From Owenia fusiformis (lineage: Eukaryota), in contig CAIIXF020000001.1 in NCBI GenBank assembly GCA_903813345.2, forward strand, positions 46,004,001 to 46,067,865: DNA of 63,865 bases. The letters run 5' to 3'. Positions 25,246-37,559 of this stretch are shown one piece after another. Each line of letters opens with the position of its first letter. Within the stretch, counting starts at the first letter, position 1. Under the pieces are notes generated by a model. That model searched no databases, was not told where the DNA came from, and saw only the letters and a program-made list of their open reading frames with translations. The translations under genes were made by a program, and so were the position numbers.

Positions 25246-26296
25246 TTTATTGTGTTATAAGAATCCATGAATCTACAGGCGTGATAAAGGTATAATACTT
25301 CTCCGAAAGTCTACACTTTATGCCTTGATGGCGATTCAAAATTGTACGAATCAAAAATCGAAATAATCCGCCATTCGATTCAAATTTTGTTAATACCGTT
25401 TCTCCCGGTCATTATCCAGGTTAAGCTCTTTATAGGTCCAATGTTTCCATTTGGATTGAATATGTAGTCTGTTGTACCCCTAACAATAGGAAACGTACAC
25501 TGAAAATCTGACTTACAAATACAATGCGTTAAGTATATTTATACAAAACGTTGGTTCAAACATTATCGATGAATGTCTAAATACACGTGTAAAATCCTGA
25601 CACCCCGTTTCCCGAGGATTTTCATCTCATAGTGGTTTTGTCGAGAGTCAATGTATTCTGATTATTGCAATCTGCTAATTGCAACCTGCATTTAGGCCCA
25701 TACAGGTTATCTGTCCGCTTAGGGAGATTCATTTACTCCAAAGAAACAACATTCCGTTGAATGAAAAAACCACCTAATCTTAAAAAAAACAAAAAGGAAG
25801 GTTTGATCTTGAAGGTTTTTGGATGAATAGGTGGGCGATGTTTAATGTTAAACGGGCACTTAATTTGTAAGGGCCTTATTATACCTCGCACAGCTCATAC
25901 GTTATACGGCGGGGATCATTTCATCGCTATTTTGTTGAGACAGCTTATGCATGGGCACACCTCTAATGAATGAAGAATGGTGTAACAACAAATAAATGAG
26001 CAGTAAAGCTCATTGTTTTTCCTCTGAAAACAAAAGTGTGATTTGATTATGCATTCCCATTGATCGATTCCTAGACTTGCCTCAAGAGACGTATCCTTGG
26101 ATCGGAGAATCAGAAAGTTGGCATTTTCGTTTTAATATCTTTTTTGCGTATTTTATTTCAGGAAAATGACAGAAACAGTAGTGTGTAAAAAATATATATT
26201 CATATTTGATTACCTTTAAGTAGTAACACGTTCCTTCATCCGACGCATATTCTTTAGGATAACAGAGTCTAACAAAGTACTCTATATACATGTACA

Positions 26297-26375
26297 CAGG
26301 CCCGTAGCCATCATTTGCCAAGGGGGGAGGGGTCACATTCGCTTAAACTCCCCGAACCCCCTGGCTACGGGCCTG
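26297..26375. mobile_element. Miniature CAGG-terminal MITE
   Basis: Perfect 14-bp TIR CAGGCCCGTAGCCA ... TGGCTACGGGCCTG. Related to the 5886-7755 element and to ~51077-51234. Confidence 0.6.
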
Positions 26376-27452
26376 ATACATGTAAATTGTATATGTATTC
26401 AAACCTTCAGAGCATGATGTATCCGTACAACATGTGAAAACGAGACTGACCAAGAGTGACAAATTAAAAGCGTAATTCCTTACTTATTGATCACCCCTCG
26501 TACGGTGTAGTAGAGGTATTTCATATTTGCGATTGTAATTAACAACATCCGTTGATCCCCTTGCGGTATTAAATCGTAACCTTGATTATTACAATAAATT
26601 CATGTTTTATGTTCTATAGCTAGGATTTCCTCCTACAATTAAAAAAATATATATACAGTTAACTGTAATATTTTTATATGCGAAAACGTCAAACAATAGT
26701 TTATGCATACATCTACATATGATTTGCTCTTGCAAGTCAATCCGAAATGTGTGGTTGACGCATTCGCTGTTTGGCCTGGTAAACCGTCATACGACTGTCC
26801 CATGAGATAAGATTGTTGCTTTTTTTTTATTGCTGGCTTATTTCGCTTTGGCATGAAGGCACTTGTATTGTGATGCAACCGACTAGCAAGCACTATTGAT
26901 TAAAAGACATGCAAAGGGGAAATTGATTTGAATATTTAATTGGAAAAATACATTGCCTTTAAACGAGAAGGGGCGTTCATCTTGTGGCTTACCCTTGCCT
27001 AACTGGGAGTCTTTTAAAAAAATTATTTTCACATTAATTGAAAATCAAGATAAGTAAAAGATGATACGGACTTGGGCAAAACTACTGATGACTTTATCCA
27101 AGCAGAATTTGTACTCGGATAATCACTACCAAATCAAATTCTTCAATCCTCCCCATATACAAAAAGTTGATATTAGGATTTTCTAGAGATTCTTTCATAT
27201 TCATACCCTATATATAAACTATTGAAGGCCATGAAACTTACTTTTAAATTCTTGTCGGTATCAATCTGTAAAATTAATTGCCTTAATTAGTTATTTTCAA
27301 AAATATATATGTGGGAAAAGATAAAGTGAACAACAAAATTCATTGCATTATATACCAAGAGGATCTTAAAATTTTATTGAATCATTCGACTATTTATATA
27401 TATATTTATTTATATAATTATGAATTCCAATAACAGTAAGGATTGAGATCTA

Positions 27453-28298
27453 CACTCCCCTCCATAAGTTTGGCAACCTTAGTTCCCCCATTGAACTACG
27501 TGTTAAAGCCTCTTTACCTTTGAATTTTTATTTACTTAACCTGCGATGAAAATACTGATACTATTGATGAAAACGTAATTTGACTTTATTGTCAATACCT
27601 CCAAATGTTCTCAATTTTTTCCATCAATTACAATAGGTCGAAAATTGATGGTAAATATGATGAATTTTTGAAAATCGACATTCCCATGTTAACTAATGGA
27701 AAAAGGGTTTGCCGCAAGTCATATGACAGAATATCTATCACTCCGAGTACTTGCAAAAAATACAAATAATGTAGGCAATTGAATTTGCTAACTTTATTTA
27801 ACAAAAAATTGATACCTTTCTTCAGGATCAACAAAGTTATAGGTCTTTAAAGTCAAAATTATTTTTCAAAAAAACTCTCCCATTGAAATAACACAGGAGG
27901 CGAAAAATGATTGTCAGAAATGACTTTGAAGCTCTGTAACTTTAGCATTCATTAAGTAAACTAAACACTTAATGTAGAAAAAAGTTAGACACAATTCAAT
28001 TTTTTATTTAAAAACAGTTTTTGCTGAATCTTTTACTCAATAGATATCCTGATTTTTCATTTGCCCCGAGTCAACCATTTCCCATTGGTTTACATGGGAA
28101 TGACGATTTTCAAAAATTCATCAACTTTATCATCAATTTTCGACCTATTGTAATCGAGGAAAAAAATTGGAGGTATTGGGAATAAGGTCAAATTACGTTT
28201 CCATTAATAGTATAAGTATTTTCATCGTAGTTTAAGTAAATAGAAATTCAAACGTAAAGAGGCTTTAACACTAACACGTAGTTCAATGGAGGGGAGTG
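27453..28298. mobile_element. Tc1/mariner-type MITE, CACTCCCCTCCAT family (copy 1, right TIR internally deleted)
   Basis: TA|CACTCCCCTCCATAAGTTTGGCAACC ... ATGGAGGGGAGTG|TA with long inverted arms. Homologous to 47580-48453 in the opposite orientation. Confidence 0.85.
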
Positions 28299-29939
28299 TA
28301 TGTATGAGATCTATGTTTGAGATCAATGTTTGAAATCTATTTTTGAAAAGGTTGAAAAGAATGACCAGTTAATGATCTGCAATGGTCTCTTGAATAATTA
28401 TTGAACAAGAAGCTATTTTTGTTTCTGCTCTATGACATCCCATCTTGCTCTATAAAGTGCAACGTATTCACTCAAATGAATTACATTGGTAGGGAATGAT
28501 GATCTGATTACTACATCCTTTCTTCTTGGTGTAGGAAAATGATTCATTGGAAATGTGATTGACCTATGTCTTCTTACGTACATACGTACCTCATACATAA
28601 TTCTGTATGTCACAATATTGGAATTTACTTTGTAAATACATTCACTGTTTTTGTAGAACGTCTAATACATAGTTTCAGTTCAAAATGGTGTAACATGAAT
28701 GCGCCGTGATGAAACTATCTTTCTACAAACCATTCTTGGAACCCATTGTATACGTTATTTTTCAAATAGAACTTTGCATATAAATTGAGTCTGACAAATG
28801 GAACTTTGTAAACGGATTTCCTTGTACAAGTTAAATGATATGTTAGTCATTTATCTTTAATTGTGTTATATAGACCATGTTTGAATATCAATACTGTAAT
28901 TAATTGCTACGCTACATATACAATACAAAGATAAGACCAGCTGGAAAGTATTCATCAAAAATCTTATTTTACTGCATCGGACACGTGACTGAGAATATAT
29001 AATAGATTTAATATGTTTGATCAAAATATTATTCATCAGGAGGGATTTGATATGGATATAGGAATGATTTCAATATTTCCCGAGGGAGCGCAATGACAGA
29101 GAGAAATATTGATATCATCCGAGGGATATTCTTCATATCATATTTGGAAAAATGAAATTTTTTGAAAAAACGAAAATTTTAGAAAAAATGAAATTTTTTG
29201 AAAAGATGAACATTAAAAAAGTAAAATATTTGAATATATACCCGGATTGATATTCATATTAACACTGGTATCATCCCTCTCTAATCCCAATATCACCCCT
29301 CTAATCCCAAATCTGTGATTTATCACTTGCTATTTACCTGACATTGCTCTGACCATGGTATTACGTTTGGTATATTATTCTTGTTTGAGACAGTCGGGCC
29401 GGGGCTTTAATTTACAATTTTATATTCAGCTATACAAAGTCATGGTTATCGTAGAATTTCGCAATTTTCATTTTATAACACACCATCCACTACTTATTTT
29501 TATTCTCTGAGCTTATATATGTCCATGGGTGATATTGTATTTATTGTATAGTTGATTTATGATTGATATTAGTATTTGTTTACATGACTTTGACACAATG
29601 TAAATGAGATTATCCTATTACTATTTTTAATCATTTGTGCTACTATTTGCATGTTGTTCTGATACTATTACTATTCACTATTGTTTAAGCAGCAGTTTTC
29701 AACCATAGGAATATGATAATTATGATTGAAAAAAGATTCGCCTCCATTAAAGAGACACGTACTGATCCAGAACATGTTATGAAACGTATGAATTACCAAA
29801 TAAAATTATCAATATAGTAAGTACCTAGGATATATATTTAAAAAATAGTGTATGTAGTGTATAGTCATTATAAGTGCAAGAAATAAAATCGATCTTGCAG
29901 TACATTCATGAAATAATCTACTGTCACTATTTGGAAGAC

Positions 29940-30490
29940 ATTCTACAGATATAGATAAGTGCATTTGGATTTGATCTTCTATGTAAGTTCAGTTTCTAAA
30001 GATATAGGCAAGTGCATTTGGATTTGATCTTCTATGTAAGTTCAGATTCTAAAGATATATAGGTACGTGCATTTGGATTTGATCATCTGTGGACGTTCAG
30101 CTTTTAAAGATATAGGTATGTGCATTTGGATTTTATCTTCTATGTAAGTTCAGTTTCTAAAGATATAGGTAAGTGCATTTGGATTTGATCTTCTATGTAA
30201 GTTCAGATTCTTAAGATATAGGTAAGTGCATTTGGATTTGATATTCTGTACGTTCAGATTCTAAAGATATGGGTAAGTGCATTTGGATTGGATCATCCGT
30301 GGACGTTCAGCTTTTAAAGATATAGGTATGTGCATTTTGATTTTATCTTCTATGTAAGTTCAGATTCTTAAGATATGGGTTAGTGCATTTGGATTTGATC
30401 TTGTATGTACGTTCAAATTCTAAAGGTACAGGTAAGTGCGTTTGGATTTAATCTTCTGTGGACGTTCAGATTCTAAAAATAAAGGTAAGG
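29940..30490. repeat. Minisatellite, ~52-bp unit x ~10
   Basis: Unit is approximately GATATAGGTAAGTGCATTTGGATTTGATCTTCTATGTAAGTTCAGATTCTAAA, with variant units interleaved. Confidence 0.9.
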
Positions 30491-30781
30491 TAATGATATG
30501 GTTAGGGTATGCATTTTTCAAAAGCCCTATCAATACGCATTGCTAAAAATCAGATTGTGCCTCTTTAATGCCATTTTCATTCATGGATTCTATCACGTGA
30601 GCGAGTATTGAAGGTTTTCATAATGTGTTAGACCTTTTTGAATTAATAAGGTATGTCAGACGGATGTTTTAACCTTCAACAATAATGTTTGATAAGATCC
30701 TTGCATAAATACATGGTAATAACGCTTTGAATACAAGACAGGGAATAGGATAAGTTAAGTTGTTTTTTATCTTTTGTCCAG

Positions 30782-33700
30782 ATGCAGTGTATCGATCTAC
30801 TGGTCATCATGTTGTCAATGGTACAACTTGGCTTGTCGAAGAGCCATGTTCATCAGGCGACCATCAGGAACAGGACACGCGATTTATGTTGGTTTCCATC
30901 CTCAAGTCGACAAAATGATCCAGTTGAAGTGTAAGTAAATACAATTACACTCCCCTCCATAAGTTTGGCAACCGAACTGAATTGCATATAAACACCTGTT
31001 TGTGTCTGGCGATTTCAAAATATCATCAAAGTGAATAATTTCCGAAACATTCTAATAAAGGAACAAGATAAAGATTCAAATATTAATATACCCTCACAGG
31101 TTATCATGATCAAATGAAAACTTACGGCTGCCAATCTTATGGAGTTGAGCGTTTGAACTAAATAGCATATCTTCATATATACATGTACTTGTACATATAT
31201 ATATATAATATCATTGCTCAAAACTGTCAAAAGCCCAAAATTATTCACCGGCAGTACGCAGTACTAAATAATGGGATTGTCAAAGGTGTCTACTGATAAT
31301 ATGGAGAGTCAATGCATTTTGCAATGGCTTTATCTATAAGAGTTTCATTGTAGGTGGAAGATATGTTGCGAAGTCCTGGAGGGCACATGTCAAAACAGTT
31401 GTTGTCCACTGAATGACTACCTATGTGAGTGCTGCGCTAAAACTGAAGTTATGTTTGATCAGGTACATCCTGCAGAGTTTGAAGATATACAACAAAGGTG
31501 TTCAAGATATGGAAATGAATCTCCTGAAGCAAGTGAATACGAGGAGCGTACTTGTGTTATTGATCCAGTTCTAGAAAATCGGACCTCCCCGTATCCCTTA
31601 GGATTACAACCGTTTGTACATCACGATAAAGTCACTGGTGAAATGATGATAGATCTGTAAGTACTACTCGTTGAACAAACGATGTGAAATAGAATGACGA
31701 TATATTTGTAACACACTTTTATTTTTCACATTCCCAGTACAGGGATGTAGAATGTAACATAAAATTGTGGCTTAAATTATGTTAAATATTATATTTGGCA
31801 TATACTTTATTATATCTGGCATATACTAATATATATATTACTGTATTGTACTATTGGACGTTTTAACAAGTTTGGTATCTATTGGTTTTTGGAATTATTG
31901 GGAATGGTTTAAAGGAAGTTATTGACATATGCTTTGGAAACGTCATCACCACAACGGCTACCTCCTAAAAAATTTATCTATATGCTACGTTACTATGCCA
32001 GATGCTTACCAGGTTATGCTTGCAAATGATACTTCATCTAATAGTTAACTTATTTTCATTGCAGACCTCAATTTTGTTGTTTTAATTTGGCCCAGAGTGG
32101 GATGTGTCCGAGACCTTTTGTAAACTGCTTTATAGAGACAGAGTCGATCTGTACATGCGGTAGGCAAACCGACGAAGTTGCTTCAATGTTTAAATATATT
32201 CCCATCAATAGTAAGACAAGAACAGATGCCGTCACTGTAAGCCCTGAAAGAATTGAAGCTGTTGATTCAAGACTTAAAAATGACAGTACAGACGTATGTT
32301 ACAGTAAGCCGAGTATTGGTAAAAGGGATGAATGGGAATGGGTAGACATGTGAGTATTTTTACTATTACTCTAAAGCTACGTTCACACCAACGGCGAATG
32401 CCACGCTTTAAATGGGCGAGCAAAGCGGCACCAAAGCATGGCGCTTTAAAGGGACTTGTAAAGCGCCACCAAAGCGTAACAAAGCTTGATTAAAGCGTTG
32501 GGGTCGTAAAAGGTCGTAGAAAAGCTCGAAGTAAAGCGGGATGTTCGGCAAGAGCGCCAAAAAATTTTAAACTGTTTAAAAATTTTGGGCGCTCCGTTAC
32601 GAATTGATTAAAGCGCCGAGAGCGTATCAAAGCTTAACAAACCGTTACAAAGCTCAGCAAAGCTTGACCCAAAGCGTAGGAAAGCTTAACAGAGCTTGGT
32701 TCAAAGCGGGGACCCCAGTCTCTTCACGGTCTGTTACCATTTGACACGCTTCGTTTAGATGTCTCAAGCTTTGCTACGATCTGGCATGAAGATCTGACAC
32801 GAGGTCAGACGCTTTCATCAATATCTGACACTCTTTGTTACGCTTTCATGAAGGACTCTCAAGCTTTTTAACGAATTGAGACGCTTTAATCAAGGATTGA
32901 AACGCTTTGTTACGCTTGACAAGCTTCCTCACGCTTTCTCACGCTCGTTCACGCCGTGCGACAAACATCATGTCTTCTTCGGATAGGTCATGATCTGGTC
33001 CATCTGGAAATTCTGGATCTTGTTATTCTGCCATCGTCTTCTCGAGTCACAGATGCAATGGTTTTATGGATATACTGCATCTTTATACAGCCATTTGATC
33101 AAAAGCGTCATGATGAAGGCGATCTCGAAAATGCACAACAGAGCTTGGCAATCGTATCAGAGCCTGATTAAAGCGTGATAATCGCATCAAAGCGTAATAA
33201 AGATTATCAAAGCTTATCAAAGCGTGATTTTAAGCGTAACAAAGCTTGGTCGAAGCGGGATCATAGCGCGAGGAACCGTAACAAGTCGGGAAATCAGAGC
33301 GTATCAGAGCTTATCAGACCGTAACATTACTTAGGAGATCGTGATATTTTTGGAAAAGTAAACAAAAATGACGGCGCTTTGCTCGCCGATTTAAAGCGTG
33401 GCATTCGCCGTTTTTGTGAACGTAGCTTTAAAAATGTTTGGCGCTCTTGCCGAATATCCCGCTTTACTCCGAGCTTTTCTACGACCTGTATTACGACCCC
33501 GACGCTTTAATCAAGCTTTATTACGCTTTTGTGTCGCTTTACAAGCCGCTTTAAAGCGCCACCAAAGCGCCGTTGGTGTGAACGTAGCTTTATTGTTTCT
33601 ATTGCCCGTGCTATCAAAGTTCAATGTATATGAGTAACAGCTGAACATCGATTGATAAAAATGGAAATGAATGTTTCTATTCAGGGAATTTACATTCGTC

Positions 33701-36700
33701 TATCAATAATGTATCCGGCACTTCCAAATGGAACATATTTAATGGTGAACATTTTTGAAACGTACTGTTTGAAGAGATTGTGAGCAATTTTATATATAAA
33801 ATTTAGACCTTCTATCTTTTCCTTTGTTAATGTTTCAAAACATATACATATACTGGGTGTCCCAAAATATACCGAGATAAACAAGGAATAACGTTTGTGA
33901 TGAAGGAATATTCTTAGAAGTTAGCCATCTGACAGACACTTGAATTATCATAAACATCTAAAGGTTTCACTGGGTAATTAGTGAAACGATGAGGAGTTTA
34001 TAAGAGAAACGCTTGTTTATCTCCACTACTCATATTTCTTAGAGAAACGCTTGTTTAGCTCCACTGCCCAAATGTTGTACCTAGACAAACATGAAATAAC
34101 TCTGTGAGTGATTAAAGAATATTCTTAAAATTTGGATATCTGACAGAAAATTGAGTTATCATCTAGTAAACAGCTGAAAGTTTCATCCGGTTTTCTTGGA
34201 GAAAAACACAGTACCGGTGTAAAAGGGTAGAAGGTCCTATCAATTTATGGTCCTACTCTCCATTGATTTATATGGTGACCGCTTTCCCTTATTATCTTAT
34301 ACATAATCAGGCCCAGTAAGGGGGACCATGATTTCTTTCACACCGTCACCCATTTTTCCATGTTTGGAAATGCGTTCAGCTCTTAATCGACAGACATCAC
34401 AAAATATCAAATTTCTTAGGAAGATACTCAAAATAATACACGTTATTTAGTAATTTTTTACTGCTAATTGACAAATGCTTTTTTTCTTAATCATGTAAAC
34501 TTTTTTTAATGAGATGAAGGGGAACGAGTTACTTATGTCTCATTTAGGTACAATTTTGGGACACCCTGTATAAACCGAAGACATTTGATCAATGTAATTT
34601 AGGAGTGCATTGTGTTGTAAAATCCGAGGAGTCAAATTTAAGAAAGGATGTTGCTACAAACAGCAGTTTGACTATTGTTACGAGTGTGAATCCGAAGAGA
34701 ATATTGGTCGTGGAGAAGGATGTTTGGTCCAAATATCAACGGAGATGAATTTCATTAACAACAAGTTGAAATCAAAGATACAAGTATATTCATTGTAAGT
34801 GATTGTTATGTCATATATTATTTCTTTCTGAGTTATTTCAAATATTGTTATCAGTAGGGGATATCCCTTACTAATATACAAAAAATATGAATTTGTTAAT
34901 CAAGTTAATGTTTTCTTTTTATGGTTTACGTCAAGTTATTTTAAATCTAGTAATTAATATGTTCCCTTGCAAAAATATCTCAATACATAGTATTTGTTCA
35001 AAATGGCGGCATATTTTGTGAATTTGAATGTTCAGTTGAAAGTTAATATTTAAAGATTGTCATAGGACTATAGGGCCTTGCGGCCACTGTTACAATCCTG
35101 ATGTAATGCAGCAGCAACTGACCATTCATCAAATACAAGAAATTAACTCCCTCTGAGGGTATATGAAATCAACTCTATTGAAATGTTCGGGGTTGTGTTC
35201 AAGAGGATTTAAAAAGGTGGCGCCCCAATGTGCGGGGTGTGATGAGAGTAGGTCCTCAATCTTTTCAAGAGCTCCAAACAGCCATCTCAGAAGCCATTGA
35301 AAAGGTGAAGAACAATTCACATGCATGCCAAGGATGGGTTAAGAGGCGTGTGACTGGGAAAGACATTACAAACTGTGGCAGTATGGCCCTATAGTTGCAC
35401 AGCTTAAACGAACTACATGTAGGGTTGCTAATCCACTACGAGTAACAATGGAATGGCCAAAAATCTTTAAGTCCTGCGACCTTACCAATATACTGTACAT
35501 ACAATGTACAAACCTTTTTAAGTACTGGTATACATACAGTACAAGTCAATTTAAAACAAAGGGTTATAAATGCAGTCATTACCTCATACCAAGGCAGCAG
35601 TCTACATGATTTCTCTTAGGCCTATATTTCTTAAATATTAATTTTCAATTGAACATTCAAACCACAAAACAGGCCGCCATTTTTGAACAAATATGAGACA
35701 AAATGGTGAATTATGTATTCGCGTCACTCATACTATGAACGCCTATAATATCATTAAATTAAGAGATGTTTCATAAATATTTTTTTTGTATGTCAGAATT
35801 TCACTCTAGTTTTCAAATCTGTAATCAGATTTTGATAATACTGTAAATTAAAAAAGTTATTAAAGAAAAAGTGACCATTGAACAATTCTGTCCGGGCTAC
35901 TATATATTTATGAAACACTTAGACTTCCATGACATACCAGAAAAATGACTCCTGTATCTATTGTCAAAATCTAAACTTACATTGTTCTGAACTATAGCTG
36001 AGCTCTTTTTATTTATTCTCGCTCGGTATGTACCTAGAACCTCAGAAGTTATGAAAAACATAATTGTTTTTCAGTGCTGCTTTTTGCTGTCATATAATGC
36101 AATGCAATACCTGCATATCTCATGACAAATGGCCGTTTTGTCAATGTGTTCCAAAACGCCCTCAACAAGATGCTAGTCTTACCAGTTTGAAAAAATTTAG
36201 ACAGTACAACGATTCAAGGTAGCTTTTAGGCGACATATGATTCCATATTAATCACATTAATTATTTCATCTTTAAAGAAAATCACGTCTCCACAGTGGTG
36301 CACTGGTATGATGATTATAATTTCTGTATTAATTATGAGAAAGCGTAAAATCAACAGGGAACCATCTTGTTTCACAATGTCTCAGGTGCTCCAACTCAAA
36401 CTGTGTAATATAAAGTATAAGAACCGTGGAATTCGAAGATGTAGGGGACGTAATGTTCTGAAAATCTATGTTTCAATAAATAGAAAACACAACTATTAAA
36501 CATTCAAAATAATATCATCATCTATATTGTATTTGTAAAATATAATTGTTGTGTAAAGAAAGATACAGATTTTAATAAAACATGATAAAAAACATTGGTT
36601 ATTTTAATGCAGATATGTTGCATGCTGCGCTTCTAAGAGCTGCAAAGACGAGTGTTGCTTCACCGAAGGTCATCCTCACTGTCAATGTTGTCCCAGTATT

Positions 36701-37559
36701 TCCAGGCATATTAATAAGGGCATGTCCAACAAAATAGGAAAACTTGTTTTAAACCAGCATTGCAGTCAGGAACGACCAGATTGGGTAGAAACAGACACTA
36801 GCATCAGATTGCCCAATTATGTAGACTTGTAAGTCCTTTATTTTATGACTGTATTCGACCTTCCTTGATTTTAAAAATATGTTGTCGGTTATGCAGCTGT
36901 CATATTGAAGCAGGATTTATTGGTCAGTTAAAACTGATACTAAATATGTCAGATTATTATTTTAATCAATGAGTTTTACATTTTGTTTTTCAAATTTTAA
37001 AGGGAACTGACATGTTGTAAAATAAGCAACTGTAAAGACAAATGTTGCCGCACAAAACAAGGTCCTTTTTGCGAATGCTGCTCATCAGCCAATGAAACTA
37101 CAAGTACAATTCAGTTCGGCACAATTGCCAATGAACCCACCAAATGCGTCGCTGGAATATCAGATGAAGAGGGATGCTATGTGGAGGTGGCTCCCCCTAT
37201 GATGATACTAGGAAAAAGATCACACAAAGAAATATTTTACCAGACCCCTTTATATTTGTAAGGATTTCGTTAAATCTCGACTATGAATTAATGGTATATC
37301 TGACTATTATGTCTGGTGGGGATACATTTTGTGAACATATTATACCCTGGACCGTAACATCTATTGTTTATTAAGCTTTATTCCCATGTAAATATATTTA
37401 CATGGAGTAATATTTTCAAACAGATAGATATGTCATCTTTTTTGTTATTCCAGATATGAAGTATGCTGTGCCATCAAAGAATGTGGGAGAGCTAATTGCT
37501 GCGTTAGTGGAGTGATTTCTCCAGCGTCAGAGTCATGCCACTGTTGTATACAGAGCTGA
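30782..37559 (+). CDS. Secreted multi-module Cys-rich protein, paralog A (549 aa); join(30782..30930,31354..31656,32065..32349,34603..34794,36075..36218,36613..36828,37003..37257,37454..37559)
   Basis: Signal-peptide-like exon 1 (MQCIDLLVIMLSMVQLGLS). All seven introns are GT-AG and phase 2. Internal exons are 303/285/192/144/216/255 nt, all multiples of 3, and the frame is open throughout. Exons 2-8 each begin xxxCC (WKICC, PQFCC, SALCC, AAFCC, YVACC, ELTCC, YEVCC). Exon-by-exon homology with paralog B. Confidence 0.9.
32375..33589. mobile_element. PIF/Harbinger-type non-autonomous element with a duplicated terminus, in intron 3 of paralog A
   Basis: TAA|AGCTACGTTCACACCAACGGCG at 32375. Matching right ends GTGAACGTAGCT|TTA occur at 33427 and again at 33589. 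TWA flanks and dense AAAGCG/AAGCTT subterminal repeats. Confidence 0.75.
33853..34568. mobile_element. Tc1/mariner-type MITE (TA TSD)
   Basis: TA|CTGGGTGTCCCAAAAT ... ATTTTGGGACACCCTG|TA. Confidence 0.7.
34990..35695. repeat. Inverted-repeat element (~70-bp arms) in intron 4 of paralog A
   Basis: TATTTGTTCAAAATGGCGGC...TTTGAATGTTCAGTTGAAAGTTAATATTTAA pairs with TTAAATATTAATTTTCAATTGAACATTCAAA...GCCGCCATTTTTGAACAAATA. True termini and TSD not resolved. Confidence 0.6.

Noticed and set aside
29940..30490. Regularly spaced repeats resembling a CRISPR array
   Set aside because: Units are contiguous tandem copies without unique spacers, the context is eukaryotic, and there are no cas genes.
30782..37559. 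Interpretation of the Cys-rich genes as metallothionein, granulin or neuropeptide precursors
   Set aside because: Signal peptides and long Cys-poor linkers argue against metallothionein. Cys spacing differs from granulin. Dibasic sites do not flank each module and are not conserved between paralogs.
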